In this document: positions 12,926 to 23,193 of the stretch, in pieces
Layout: the number at the start of each line of letters is the position of its first letter
Numbering within the stretch: the first letter of the stretch is position 1
From: Paramoeba atlantica
Lineage: Eukaryota > Protista > Discosea
Assembly: GCA_977017575.1 (NCBI GenBank)
Contig: CDRNVI010000043.1
Span: 124,001-188,000 of the forward strand
DNA length: 64,000 bases
Reading direction: 5' to 3'
The notes under the pieces: model-generated
Told to the model about the DNA's origin: nothing
Database searches by the model: none
The model's input: the letters and a program-made list of their open reading frames with translations, nothing else
Program-made: the position numbers and the translations under genes

Positions 12926-13072
12926 AATTTCTCCGACCTGATGAGCAATTCTTCACAGTGTCTTTGCTCGTATGGGGTCCGATGAATCAAGCACGATTAG
13001 ATTCATACGGACGAATTCTTAGCTGGAGAGAATGGTGGAAAACTGTTCACTCGATCTTGATCAGTTCCTTGT
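12926..13072. ncRNA. Candidate structured small RNA upstream of tRNA-Ser (class unassigned)
   Basis: Stems GAGCAA/TTGCTC, GTCCGATGAATC/GATTCATACGGAC and GGAAAACTG/CAGTTCC, closing TCTCC/GGAGA; C-box-like TGATGA. Confidence 0.35.
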
Positions 13073-13088
13073 GGTAGAGACTCGGAAG

Positions 13089-13169
13089 GCGTCTATACCC
13101 AAGTGGTTAAGGGGCCTGGCTTGAAATCAGGTGTGTTCTCACGCGCAGGTTCAAACCCTGCTGGGCGCG
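13089..13169 (+). tRNA. tRNA-Ser(UGA)
   Basis: Acceptor GCGTCTA/TGGGCGC, anticodon loop CTTGAAA, long variable arm, GGTTCAAACC, followed by TTTT. Confidence 0.92.
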
Positions 13170-13292
13170 TTTTCCTTCCACAGGCGTTGTCAAATCATAT
13201 TCAGCGCGGGATACCAACTACGCCCGCACCGCTCTTCTTCTCTCTTCTTCTTCTTCTTCTATTCCGCGCAGAGTTTTTTTTGAAAAGGTGGG

Positions 13293-14023
13293 ATGCCCAG
13301 CGGTGCGGCACCCGTCGTGGGAACGCACGCTCCGCATAAAAGACGTTGTTCTGAATCTCGAGGAGGTTTTACCCACAGAAGCTGTGCCAAAGCGAAGGAC
13401 ACGCGTGCCAAAGCGAAGGACACGGGGGTAGCTCCCGTCGTCCAGTTGCTCCCCCCCACGCGTCGGAAGAAAGGCCGCCTCCTCCACAGTCGCCGCCGCC
13501 TCCACCACCACCTCAGTCACCCAGGTCACCACCACCACCGCCCCAGTCACCGCCAACGCTCCATGCGATGCCCTCATCTCCACCTCCTACGACGCGACTG
13601 GCTCCTCCCTCTGCGCCTCCCTCCCCACCGCGACTCAGCATGCACACACTGTCCCGAAGAGCGCGAATGAGGGCTCTGGAAATGCCTTCGGAGCGAACGG
13701 ATCCGCGAGAATTTTCAGCAGCTCACATAAACAAAACGCCTCAAAAAATGATGAACGAAGTCATCACGAAGAAACGCGACCGTTACGTAACTTCTGGGAT
13801 GATTGCGAATGATCGTTTCATGTGTATCCCTGTCCTTTCGGGTGGAGCGCTACATAAGCATACAAAACGTCTATTAACAGCTTTAGCAGATCGTTGCCTT
13901 ATTTCACGGCAACATATATTAGAAGACTTTGTCCTGTACCTCCAAGAACTGAACGGGAACATAGTTCTGTCGCAGATGCAAAAATATTTAACTCACGACA
14001 ACGAAGAACAATACACCATATAA
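13293..14023 (+). mobile_element. Internally deleted CRE-like remnant (low-complexity 5' part + REL C-terminus)
   Basis: KKRDRYVTSGMI...CIPVLSGGAL...QELNG...EEQYTI*. Confidence 0.65.
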
Positions 14024-14129
14024 GTTCAGACAGTGGACCAAAAGAGATGATCTCCCTCTCGTTTTTAATCAGACAGGAAAATGCATGTTTGTTCTGCTAT
14101 TAAAGCTAGTTTGTATGTATAGTTTTTTG

Positions 14130-15260
14130 ATGAGAAAGTTGAATACGTTTTGAGCACATGGCTTGGATCCCTAACGGCGAATCAGATCGAGATGGCTCGT
14201 GCGACGAAGGTAAAGTTTACGAAAAGTGAAGATTAACAAAAAAAAACCACGAAGGACCTTGGGGCGCGTGAAAAGCCGGACTAAAAAGCCGACAGCGGAT
14301 GAAATGCGAGAATCAACGTGCTCACCACCGCCACCTGTGACCCAGCAGACGGGGAAGTGGCGCATCTGCATCAAGAAATCGTTCGCTGTGGCAGCTGACG
14401 CCATCAAAACCGCTTCAAACGCAATGTCCGATACAGTTTTCAGCTCCGCAGATAACGTACAATCTGCAAATAACGTGCAACGCGGGGAACTCTACGACTC
14501 TCCTTCGGCGCAAAACGAAGACGTACATGCACAAATTTTGACAGAACAGAAGCGGCTTCCATCACCACAACCGGTTGACATGCAGCCAATGCCCCCGGCC
14601 ATGCAGGGCATCCTGCAAAGCTCTTCGTCGGACGTGATCCCCAACGTTGCTACAGGGGAAGCGATAGACGAAGGAACCACTTTACACGAATGCATGTCTC
14701 CTTCGATATGCGTAGAAAACTCTCGCACAGAAAACCCCCCCCGAAGAAGCAGAAGGAAAAAATAGAGATTCTGCATTAACCGTTCAGCTCGGAAAAGAGA
14801 TTGACCCCGAATCGCACTTCCCCATGGCGTTCGCGAGCATATGGAACACAGCCAAGCGGGCCAAAGTAGGAGATACGTGCACGGTTGCGTGGTGCTTTGA
14901 TTGTCAAACAGCCCTAAACATATCCACGGGAACAGTAAAAACGGTTAGAAGCAGGGGCGGATCAGGCAAAGTCACTCTCGATTACAAAGTCATCAAAGGG
15001 CACAATGTAGGAGCTTCATTCACGGGATTTCTTCCACCACAACCCAACGTTCGTGTATTTCTGGTACTTTGGGATAGAGATTTGAATGAAGATATCGGAA
15101 GAAACCACGAAGAAGACCACGCAGCTCCGGTACACGAACACACCGAAACAGATCTTGACCTCGACCCGATACCGACACAGAGGACAATAAGCCCTGAGTT
15201 CGTACCGTGCGTAGTCGCCATCTTCCGTGACATGATGCGTGACTACAAGGACATCAGCTA
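14130..15260 (+). mobile_element. CRE-like sequence: short post-RT fragment (~14130-14200), then the N-terminal part of the long copy
   Basis: VLSTWLGSLTANQI matches VLQSWFGKLSANQI. DPIPTQRTISPEFVPCV...RDYKDISY matches the copy at 14-940 and continues at 19547. Confidence 0.75.
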
Positions 15261-15534
15261 TGGTCCTAATATTATATATTCGAAAGGTAATATTGAAATT
15301 GTCCGGAAAATGGGTCTGTGCTGTTACAGAAATTTGAGATAAAACTACTGGGTAAGATTGAAGCTATGTATCAGAAGAAAATGAAAATATGTTTTCTTGT
15401 AGTATGAAATTCTAAGCCTAGGCAATGGCATTACGTATTAAAAATGTTACGTATGTGAAAGCATATTACAAACTCTATAATATAGTTTTCTTACCGTGTT
15501 TGTCAAATTTCTTGATTTTTTGTAACAAGCTCGA

Positions 15535-16655
15535 ATGGAGCAGTGCTCGAAAAAGTGCAAGGACTCTTCTACTGGAAGCGTAGAAGGGCCTATTCCCTTA
15601 TCAGAGCTGTGGTCTGTCGCTCATACGCTTAACAAAGGAGATATGGTACATTTCAAATGGCGATTAAAGTCATCAAATGGTGGGAAATCAGATCCTTGGC
15701 AAGAACAACAAGGTTACGTGAGATACGTAATTTTGGACGGGGGAGATGACCCGGCCGAGGGCAACTACTGCTGGTTGAAGTATCATCTTCCTGGAGAATA
15801 TGAGAAACGAACAGTTGCGTTCCCACAAGACGGGCTATATGACAACGATGAAGTCGAATATACATCACTCGTGGTCGTTCCGGCAAAGAAGTCTTCTCGT
15901 ATCTCAAAGAAGAATGAATCTGTTGAAGATTCGTCGCCTTGTTCGGAAGACATAGAAGACAGCGATTTGCTCCAAATTTCGGACTCGGAGAGCTCTGTGC
16001 CGTGCGGAAAGCCTAGTGAAACCATTGCCGACGACCCCCGAGTTGCTATGGATCCTGAAGTTTGGCCAAACGAAATATTCACTCCGATGCATTTCTTCAC
16101 GTTGCAGCAGTATTACCGTGACATTCTGGATGACTTTGGTTACAAGCACCCGAACCGCACAGTTTTGGAGATTCATGTACAGCGCATGCTCTACGAAATC
16201 GCAATGTTTCGCGGTCAACGAAGCCTCTCTTCTGATCCCAAATGGATTGCTAGCGTTCGTGACACGATAGGTTCCATTGATGTGATCCGGAAGGAAAAGC
16301 AAGGCTATACAAAAGCGGTAATTAGCGAGCTACAGCGATGCTACAAATCTAAAGCAGAACCAGCGTGGATGCGCGCCGTGCATCAGAGTGCTTTACAGAA
16401 CGTGAAGGCAACGACCCACAAGTGAACAATGACCCGCAAGTGACATATTACGCAAAGCGCCAAAACGCGGCCCCAAAACCGGGAGGCACAACAACCCAGT
16501 CCGGTTCATTCGAATCAAAAAGCGCAGCCAAACGCAAGAAGAAGAAGGAAGCACTTTCTAGCAGAGTAGACAGTGTCATCTCTAAGTTGGGACCTGCATT
16601 TGACAAGTTATCGGTTGAAGAAAAGTCGGTGTTCCGTCGTGGGGGTTTTCAGTAG
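15535..16655 (+). CDS. Gag-like region of YR element 2 (two ORFs, 15535-16425 and 16365-16655, offset by a frameshift)
   Basis: Position before YR and N-terminal similarity to the other Gags. No CCHC knuckle. The frameshift near 16400 is probably a lesion. Confidence 0.6.
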
Positions 16656-19264
16656 GGCGTGGGGGCCCAGAAAAACCCCTAAAGCAACACCGTTACAGAC
16701 AAGGCCTTGTCTCTTCGGGCCCAGAGACAAGGCTCTTCGGCACGGGTCCAGTCGAAGGCTCAAAAGACGGAGGCAGTGAGGTCGGCTTTGTCCAACCCCG
16801 AAAGTGTGCTTTCGCTCGAAAAGGAGGCTTTTCACGTTCGAGATGTTTCGGAAAATCATCAACGAACGCGTCAGAGAGTGGAAGAAATGTATCATCTGTC
16901 TGGGGAAAACAGCCTAGCCTGCCTGGAGAGATGGCGCCAGATTTATGCTCCAACAACTGCACTCCTGTATGGGAAAGTACTCAATGCCTTGTATCCTCAA
17001 AAATGCCCGAAACAGTTTCGCGTACTTTTAAGCCATATCCGCCAGCAGAGCGGGGTTTTGAAGGTTCACCTCGCAACCGCTGTTACCCCGATTCAGATAG
17101 CTCAGATCCTAAGACGCGAAGATCAAGAGACGGCAGCAACGGTGTTGCTCATGTTTATCAGCGAGTCTCGTCACATGGACCTCATGCGAATTTGGAAATA
17201 CGAGTGGAACCCTCCGAACCTTTCCATGCAATGGAACACATGGAAATGCGACAGGTTCGGACAACGAGCTTTCACAGAGTTCCTCAAGATTCCCAAAAAA
17301 CTATGGGACTTCATACCCCCTACAAGCACGTTCGTGACGTATCAAAAGGCTCTAAAAGCTATGAAGCGGGAGGACGTGGCTCTGAGTGTTCACTCTTGCC
17401 GTCGGGGGGCAGCGACGACCTTGGCTGCGCACGGGTATTCGATGAAAGAAATCGAGAGTGCAACGGGGCATACCCCTCACGGGGGATCAGATGCCCGCGG
17501 AGCGCGAAGATACGTCGATCAAACCCGTCATCAGCCGGAAGGGAAACTACAGATTCAAATGGCGAGTGTGCTATGCTTGGAAGTAGAGAAAAACATGCAC
17601 TAAGTTGTATAACTGAAGAATCCACTATATCTATGGCTCGACTATGGGAACTTCGGTGGTGGGTGTGTCCTCGCGACATTTTGCTGAATTTACTAAAAGA
17701 AGAACAATTCTTCAATGTCACAGTAGGAATGTTTTCCTCCGGATCGCTTTTAAGCATCAAAATAAATCAAGGAGAGTCCAGAAACGGAATGCCACGTCGC
17801 CAGACAAAGTGTGAATTGCCTCTTGCACCGATCACGAAGTCGAGGATGTGTTTGCGAACGATCCTGGATATGGAACCCTCGAACGTTCAACTACGTGATT
17901 TATTGGCTTGGATCACGACAGACCGAATAGCTGGTACTGTGGAAAGGGTAGAAAAACGTGCATGGAACGAGCTTCGTTTCCGAAATCATGTGTCACGTCA
18001 CCTGCTCCGTGATTTACCTCTCTTGATAGAAACAGGGGTGTTCAAACCCGCAGGGCTGTCGCATAGGATCGTGAACATTCCTCTTTTCAAGGTTCCTAAA
18101 GCCCATAAGATAGGATCCAGACTCATTGGAGACTGCAGAGCATTGAACGATCTGTTGCCGAAACCGGGTGAAATGAATTTACCCCGAATAGATTACGTTT
18201 TGCGGGCGTTGCTCCCAAAGCGCTGGTTATATCAGAGGGATGGAAAATCGTACTTTTACCAATTCCCAATTCATGAAAGTCTGCAGAAAATTCTGGTTTC
18301 GAAAGTGGGAAATGAACGAGGCGATTTTTTATGTGTAAACTGGACAGTTTTGCCAATGGGATTCTCGTTTGCGCCTGCCATCGCACAACAGTGTTCATGG
18401 GTACTTGCGCGTGGAGGGAAATCGCGCCAAAAAGAAAGTGTACTCATTCCTTGGATCGACAATTTCCTTATGGGAGCGGACTCTGAAATCGAGATTCAAA
18501 ACCTGAAATTTGACTTTGAAAAAGTCTGTGAAAACGTTGGTTTGCAACTAAAAGAGCAGGATTTTGCACATGCACGGTCAATGAATTTCCTCGGGCTCTA
18601 CATGAATGTGGATACCGAAAACAGCGATTTTCATTTTGTGGAGCTAGACAGACATTTTTGCAAGAAGCTCATGGTGCTTCGCGATGCAGTATCTACTCCG
18701 CGGTCGTTCTACGAACTTTTTAGCGCACTCATATGGGCAAATTACTCAATTATGCGACAGCCATTGGCACGATGGATCCATGCGTTGGAGTACACCCGAT
18801 TTTTAGGTGTACAAATCGCGGGCAATCAAATTAAATGGGACGACCCTATTATACCTGTGTTAGGAGTGTTGGAGGACCTGAAGGACATGGTCGGTGCAAG
18901 TGTTAATGCAAAGCTTTTGTTCCGAGATTTCTACAAGTCTGGAGCATTCCCTCTTTGGACAGATGCAGTTCCCACATGCATAGCAGGAGTCAGCGATGAA
19001 GCAGGGGATCTTCGCGCCTTCTCGAGCACCATTCCGGAAATGAATATTTTCAATGCGGAGCTTTTGGCTGCAGTAACAGGCATTCTGAATGTGGATCGGC
19101 CGGTTAGTTTAATTGGAGATAACAAGGCCGTGGTCCGGGCACTGGAAAAGGGACACTGTGGTATAAGAGCTGGAAATAGACTGCTTCACCAGCTATGGAA
19201 GTGCTTACAGCATGACTTCGTATCAGTGAAATGGGTTCCTTCTTGTTGTAATCCGGTGTTGTAA
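16643..19264 (+). CDS. RT/RNase H frame of YR element 2 (open from the slippery site at 16643)
   Basis: LFKVPK...RLIGDCRALN, DGKSYFYQF, LPMGFSFAP, WIDN, FLG. RNase H WTDA, NAELLA, GDNKAV, WVPS. I read 16643-16931 as stop-free and in frame with the ORF-track ATG. Confidence 0.85.
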   Translation, partial: GFSVGRGGPEKPLKQHRYRQGLVSSGPETRLFGTGPVEGSKDGGSEVGFVQPRKCAFARKGGFSRSRCFGKSSTNASESGRNVSSVWGKQPSLPGEMAPDLCSNNCTPVWESTQCLVSSKMPETVSRTFKPYPPAERGFEGSPRNRCYPDSDSSDPKTRRSRDGSNGVAHVYQRVSSHGPHANLEIRVEPSEPFHAMEHMEMRQVRTTSFHRVPQDSQKTMGLHTPYKHVRDVSKGSKSYEAGGRGSECSLLPSGGSDDLGCARVFDERNRECNGAYPSRGIRCPRSAKIRRSNPSSAGRETTDSNGECAMLGSREKHALSCITEESTISMARLWELRWWVCPRDILLNLLKEEQFFNVTVGMFSSGSLLSIKINQGESRNGMPRRQTKCELPLAPITKSRMCLRTILDMEPSNVQLRDLLAWITTDRIAGTVERVEKRAWNELRFRNHVSRHLLRDLPLLIETGVFKPAGLSHRIVNIPLFKVPKAHKIGSRLIGDCRALNDLLPKPGEMNLPRIDYVLRALLPKRWLYQRDGKSYFYQFPIHESLQKILVSKVGNERGDFLCVNWTVLPMGFSFAPAIAQQCSWVLARGGKSRQKESVLIPWIDNFLMGADSEIEIQNLKFDFEKVCENVGLQLKEQDFAHARSMNFLGLYMNVDTENSDFHFVELDRHFCKKLMVLRDAVSTPRSFYELFSALIWANYSIMRQPLARWIHALEYTRFLGVQIAGNQIKWDDPIIPVLGVLEDLKDMVGASVNAKLLFRDFYKSGAFPLWTDAVPTCIAGVSDEAGDLRAFSSTIPEMNIFNAELLAAVTGILNVDRPVSLIGDNKAVVRALEKGHCGIRAGNRLLHQLWKCLQHDFVSVKWVPSCCNPVL
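16683..17603 (+). CDS. Tyrosine recombinase of YR element 2
   Basis: SESRH (R), TWKCD (K), VHSCRRG (HxxR), TGH...ARRY (H,Y). Frame open from 16683. Confidence 0.85.
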   Translation, partial: SNTVTDKALSLRAQRQGSSARVQSKAQKTEAVRSALSNPESVLSLEKEAFHVRDVSENHQRTRQRVEEMYHLSGENSLACLERWRQIYAPTTALLYGKVLNALYPQKCPKQFRVLLSHIRQQSGVLKVHLATAVTPIQIAQILRREDQETAATVLLMFISESRHMDLMRIWKYEWNPPNLSMQWNTWKCDRFGQRAFTEFLKIPKKLWDFIPPTSTFVTYQKALKAMKREDVALSVHSCRRGAATTLAAHGYSMKEIESATGHTPHGGSDARGARRYVDQTRHQPEGKLQIQMASVLCLEVEKNMH

Positions 19265-19546
19265 TCTCGAGGTTCGTTTGGAATCCCAATGGTTCTTGGA
19301 TCCTGCCCGCATGGGGGTTCAGAGGATCCGATACGGTGGGAAGGGGGGAGGCACGGGGGGCGGCATGGGGGGAGTTTATAAGGACAAGCTCGCAGCGTTA
19401 AATCAAGATATTAAGCATTATTTTGTTTTCACCATCAAATCCGTGAGATATACTTTAGATATTTAATGGCCCATGCTACGTTACATATTATATTCACTCA
19501 AAATAATAGTTTCACGTGTTTTCCGTTCCTTTATTTATTCACATGT

Positions 19547-22020
19547 TACGAAGAAAGAAACAAAGTGTGGAACCGAGTCCTATCTGCAACAAAGTATTCC
19601 CTCGCGGCCGTTCAAGCAGCTGCAGCCAAACGCAGGAGTCGCCACCCCCCACGCGCACCCTCAAGTCACCCGTCAAGCGCAGGTCAATCCAAGACAGAAG
19701 CGAGGGACACAAGAGCTATTAAACGAGCTACAAGGCTAGTTCTGGAAGGCGCAGTATCCAAGGCCACTAAAGTTCTAGACAAAGAAATAAAAGAGAAAAC
19801 ACTCACTGATGATGTAATCTTCGAAAAGTTGAAGCAGTTGCACCCCCAAAAACCCATAACCTTTAATCTTCCGTCGGATGCACCACAAATAGCTTGTATT
19901 ACTCCGACCGAACTACGTAGTGCAGGACGACATCTCGCGAAAGGCGCATCCCCAGGGCCGACGGGCATAACAGATGTAATCATCAGGATACTGCTTGACG
20001 ACGAAATATGCTGTGTAAGCTTCTGCCATATGCTTATGGATTTAATCAATGGTGAATTATCCAAACAAGTCATGGCTAGGCTTCGTCGCGCCAGACTCGT
20101 AGCGATACCAAAATCGGATGAACATGTCCGACCGATTGCAGTAGGAGAGCTAATCTTAAAGCTTGCTGGGTTAATCTTACTACAACGACACGAAGGGAGC
20201 TTGGAGAAACTCTTTACGCCCATACAGCATGGGGTAATGCTGAAAGGTGGTTGCGAGCAAGTCGTCCACAAACTGCACGCACTTTACAAGGAAGAGTACG
20301 CTATTCTATCAATCGACCTAAAAAACGCGTTCAACTCGCCTTCTCGTGACGACATTGCAAGATCCGTGTTTGCATTTCATACGCTAAAGCCTTTTCACAA
20401 GTTCTTCCACGCTGAATACGCAGAGCCCTCAGAAATGCTGTTCTATGGTTCTGATGGACAGCTTTTTGGGACCGTAAGCAGTACAGCTGGGGTACGACAG
20501 GGATCTTCTCTTTCAACGCTATACTTCTGTTCTTTTCTCCAACCACTGCTAGAAACTCTGGCGCAAGAGTTCCCTGAGCTACGCATTTACGCCTACATAG
20601 ATGACGTCAATTTCGCATCGAAAGACGCTCAGCTCCTTTCGGATGCGTACCTTCGTCTTAATCAGCTTGTGTCCGAGAAGCATCTACAAATGGCGTACAA
20701 CAAGTGTGTGTGGTTCACAGGCACAGCAAATATTGCTCTTCCGGAACAGCTTGCATTGGATGGTGTCCAATCTGAAACCGAAGCGTGTAAGGTCCTGGGT
20801 GCGTATATAGGGCGGGAAGAACGAGTCAGTGAACGTCTTCTTCATAAATTGGAAAAACATGGCACAATATTTCGACGACTAAAAAACATGGGTGCAAACA
20901 ACATTTCGCTCCACTTGTTATCTAGATGCGTTAATGTACGACACGGCTATCACACTCGAGTGCACGGACCTGATGCGACTGAACAACTTACCGAGAAATT
21001 TGATGAAGCAGTCAATGATGTCCTGCAGTCATGGTTCGGGAAATTGTCAGCTAATCAGATTGCATGGGTTTGTCTTCCTGTCAAGTTGGGGGGGCTAGGG
21101 CTAACTTTTTTTTTTTTTTTTTTTTAGGGCTAACTCCAACCGTGCCAATCCTCGAGGCGGCGTATCGGAACTCCAAACGCTCTTGAGCGTTTTAACTTTG
21201 TTTCAGCTCGGGCAACCGTTGTGGTGTCACCTGCGCCTCTTGGGGAGGAGCACACTCCAGATGACGAAAGCACAACTGCAGCTATTCACCACAACCAAGT
21301 AAGAGAACGAATTCTACAAGATCCTGCACAAGCCAGGATAGTATCTGCCACTTGTGAAAAAGGAAACTACGACTGGCTCGCCTCCTCGTCTCGTCTGGTC
21401 CCATCTCATTTATTCACCCTTTCTGTTCTTCCCCGACTTGGTCTCCCACACCCCGACATACCGTGCAATCTCCAGTGCCCTGGCTGCAACATTCTCCTTG
21501 ACTCTTCTTCAGCTCTGCGACACATCCCCGCGTGCACTAAATGTCCAGGAAACAATGCAACCACGAAACATAATGCCCTGGTTCGTCACGTACACGAGCT
21601 CGCGTTGAAGGCCGGCTTGCCATGTGAAAGAGAACCCCGCCAATTCACCTCATATCGATGTACGGCGTGCTCTGAAAGTTTTGCACCGCACCAAAAGCGC
21701 AATCATGAGCGAAAATGCGGAACAGGAAGGATACAACGCTCAGGACCCGACTTAGTAATATACTGGGCATCTGGTGAGAAATATTACGATCTGACAATTG
21801 CTCATGAGTTAAGCCCCTCCAATCAAGGCAAGCGCGGCCATCGCTTGATGCAAGATGCGATCAAACGAAAGCAAGTAACGTACGTCAATTCGGGTTTAAT
21901 ACCGGGAAACGAATTTGAATGCCTTCCCTTGCTTTCCGGTGGAGCGCTGCATCGCAATACAGAAAATCTTCTCAAGACGCTGGCGGATAGGGGCCAACTT
22001 CCGCGTATGTCCGTGATTTC
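19547..22020 (+). mobile_element. CRE-like element, RT + Zn knuckle + REL endonuclease (continuation of 14200-15260), frameshifted
   Basis: SPGPTG, IDLKNAFNS, GVRQGS, YIDD; CPGC...HIPAC, KHN, REP, PDLVI...YDLTI...KRK. Confidence 0.9.
21097..21135 (-). mobile_element. Poly(A)-only retro-insertion (T-run on +) with 9-10-bp TSD
   Basis: AGGGCTAAC(T), T-run 21106-21125, AGGGCTAACT. Removal restores GGLGLTPT as in the copy at ~26040. Confidence 0.8.
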
Positions 22021-22209
22021 TATAAGTTTACGATTTGAAATTCAGGAGGGCAAACATTATGCTCCATACTGTTGTAGTTTTGGGCTTAGGAATATTATTC
22101 GAATTATATCACCGTTTTTTCTAATCATGAACAATTTGACATATACACAATTATTTGACTATTTTAGAGACTATTTTCATCCGAACGTTACCACTAGTTT
22201 TTGTTTTTC

Positions 22210-23193
22210 ATGTCGCACCAGTTGTTTGGCACTCCTGGTGCCCCTGAAGGGATTGAGTCACGTATCGAACAAGTTCTAAGTACGGACCAAGTTGCGAATT
22301 TGTTGCGAGACGGAAATGGAGTTGATCCCATGACTGAGAATGAAAAACAACAGTTCTCCAAGAAAGTTATGACTTTGCTGGAGAAGGGGTTTAAGGTGCA
22401 AATACAGGCAACATGGGCCGAGCGCGGTGAAGATGTGAATCAAACTGTTGTGGGTAAAGTATACCGTAAGAAGGCGAAAAACAGTGATGAGTTTGATATT
22501 TGGGCCCTGTGGGAGGATGATCCTGACAATGAGTATGAGTTCCCCCATCCGCTGATTGACTATTTCGCACTTTCTATCGTTAAAGTTTACAAGGCGATGC
22601 CAGGTGGACAGCCGCGTGATGAGCAGCTAGCTGCGCTGGAAGGAATGCAAGTTCGTGACCCATCTAAGTTTTCTTCATTTGTTCCTTTGACGTGGGCGGC
22701 TTGGATCGACTCTCTGGATGAATTTAAGCCGCGAGAGCTTGTTCGTGAGCTGCGTGAAACTCCGGAGCTGGGAGTTCGCTTCAATCCTCCGGCACATCGT
22801 GAGCGCTTGTTTGCCATATTGGTAAAGTGGATTTATACAGCTAGAGTGATGGAAGGATGGAAAGATGAGCAATTCATTTGTATCGCGGAAATGCTCATCG
22901 AAGAGCTTCGAAATCATTATTGGGCAGCAGCGGGAGCTCCTGTAGAACGTGTTCAGCAGCGCCTTCACAAGGATGATGATCCTCAGGATCGTTACGGACA
23001 AATCATGACAGAGGAACAGCTGCGTGTGAATCTCCTACCACGGGTTGTGAAAGGAGCGCATGTATGCTACAATTGTCGCCAAACTGGTCACGTTCGCGCT
23101 CAATGTCCTCGTTTGCAAAGCGGGGCACCACAACCGGTTTTTCGTGGGGGGGTGGCGAGCGGCGCCCAGACGGGCGTAAGACGCACACAATAG
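22210..23193 (+). CDS. Gag-like protein with CCHC zinc knuckle
   Basis: ATG 22210; CYNCRQTGHVRAQCP; TAG 23191-23193. Confidence 0.8.
   Translation: MSHQLFGTPGAPEGIESRIEQVLSTDQVANLLRDGNGVDPMTENEKQQFSKKVMTLLEKGFKVQIQATWAERGEDVNQTVVGKVYRKKAKNSDEFDIWALWEDDPDNEYEFPHPLIDYFALSIVKVYKAMPGGQPRDEQLAALEGMQVRDPSKFSSFVPLTWAAWIDSLDEFKPRELVRELRETPELGVRFNPPAHRERLFAILVKWIYTARVMEGWKDEQFICIAEMLIEELRNHYWAAAGAPVERVQQRLHKDDDPQDRYGQIMTEEQLRVNLLPRVVKGAHVCYNCRQTGHVRAQCPRLQSGAPQPVFRGGVASGAQTGVRRTQ

Larger units (their letters stand above)
15261..19546 (+). mobile_element. YR retrotransposon 2, full-span insertion (~4.3 kb) at a TA inside a CRE-like ORF
   Basis: TA at 15259-15260 and 19547-19548; excision restores DISY-EERNKVW. 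Contains gag-like, YR and RT/RNase H ORFs. Confidence 0.88.

Noticed and set aside
12930-13035. Hammerhead ribozyme (CTGATGA...GGACGAA)
   Set aside because: An extra hairpin interrupts the core, GAAA is GAAT, and there is no stem III or cleavage triplet.
14212-14226. 15-nt match AAAGTTTACGAAAAG to the YR1 left end at a junction
   Set aside because: Followed by CRE, not gag; one 15-mer match in 64 kb is near chance level.
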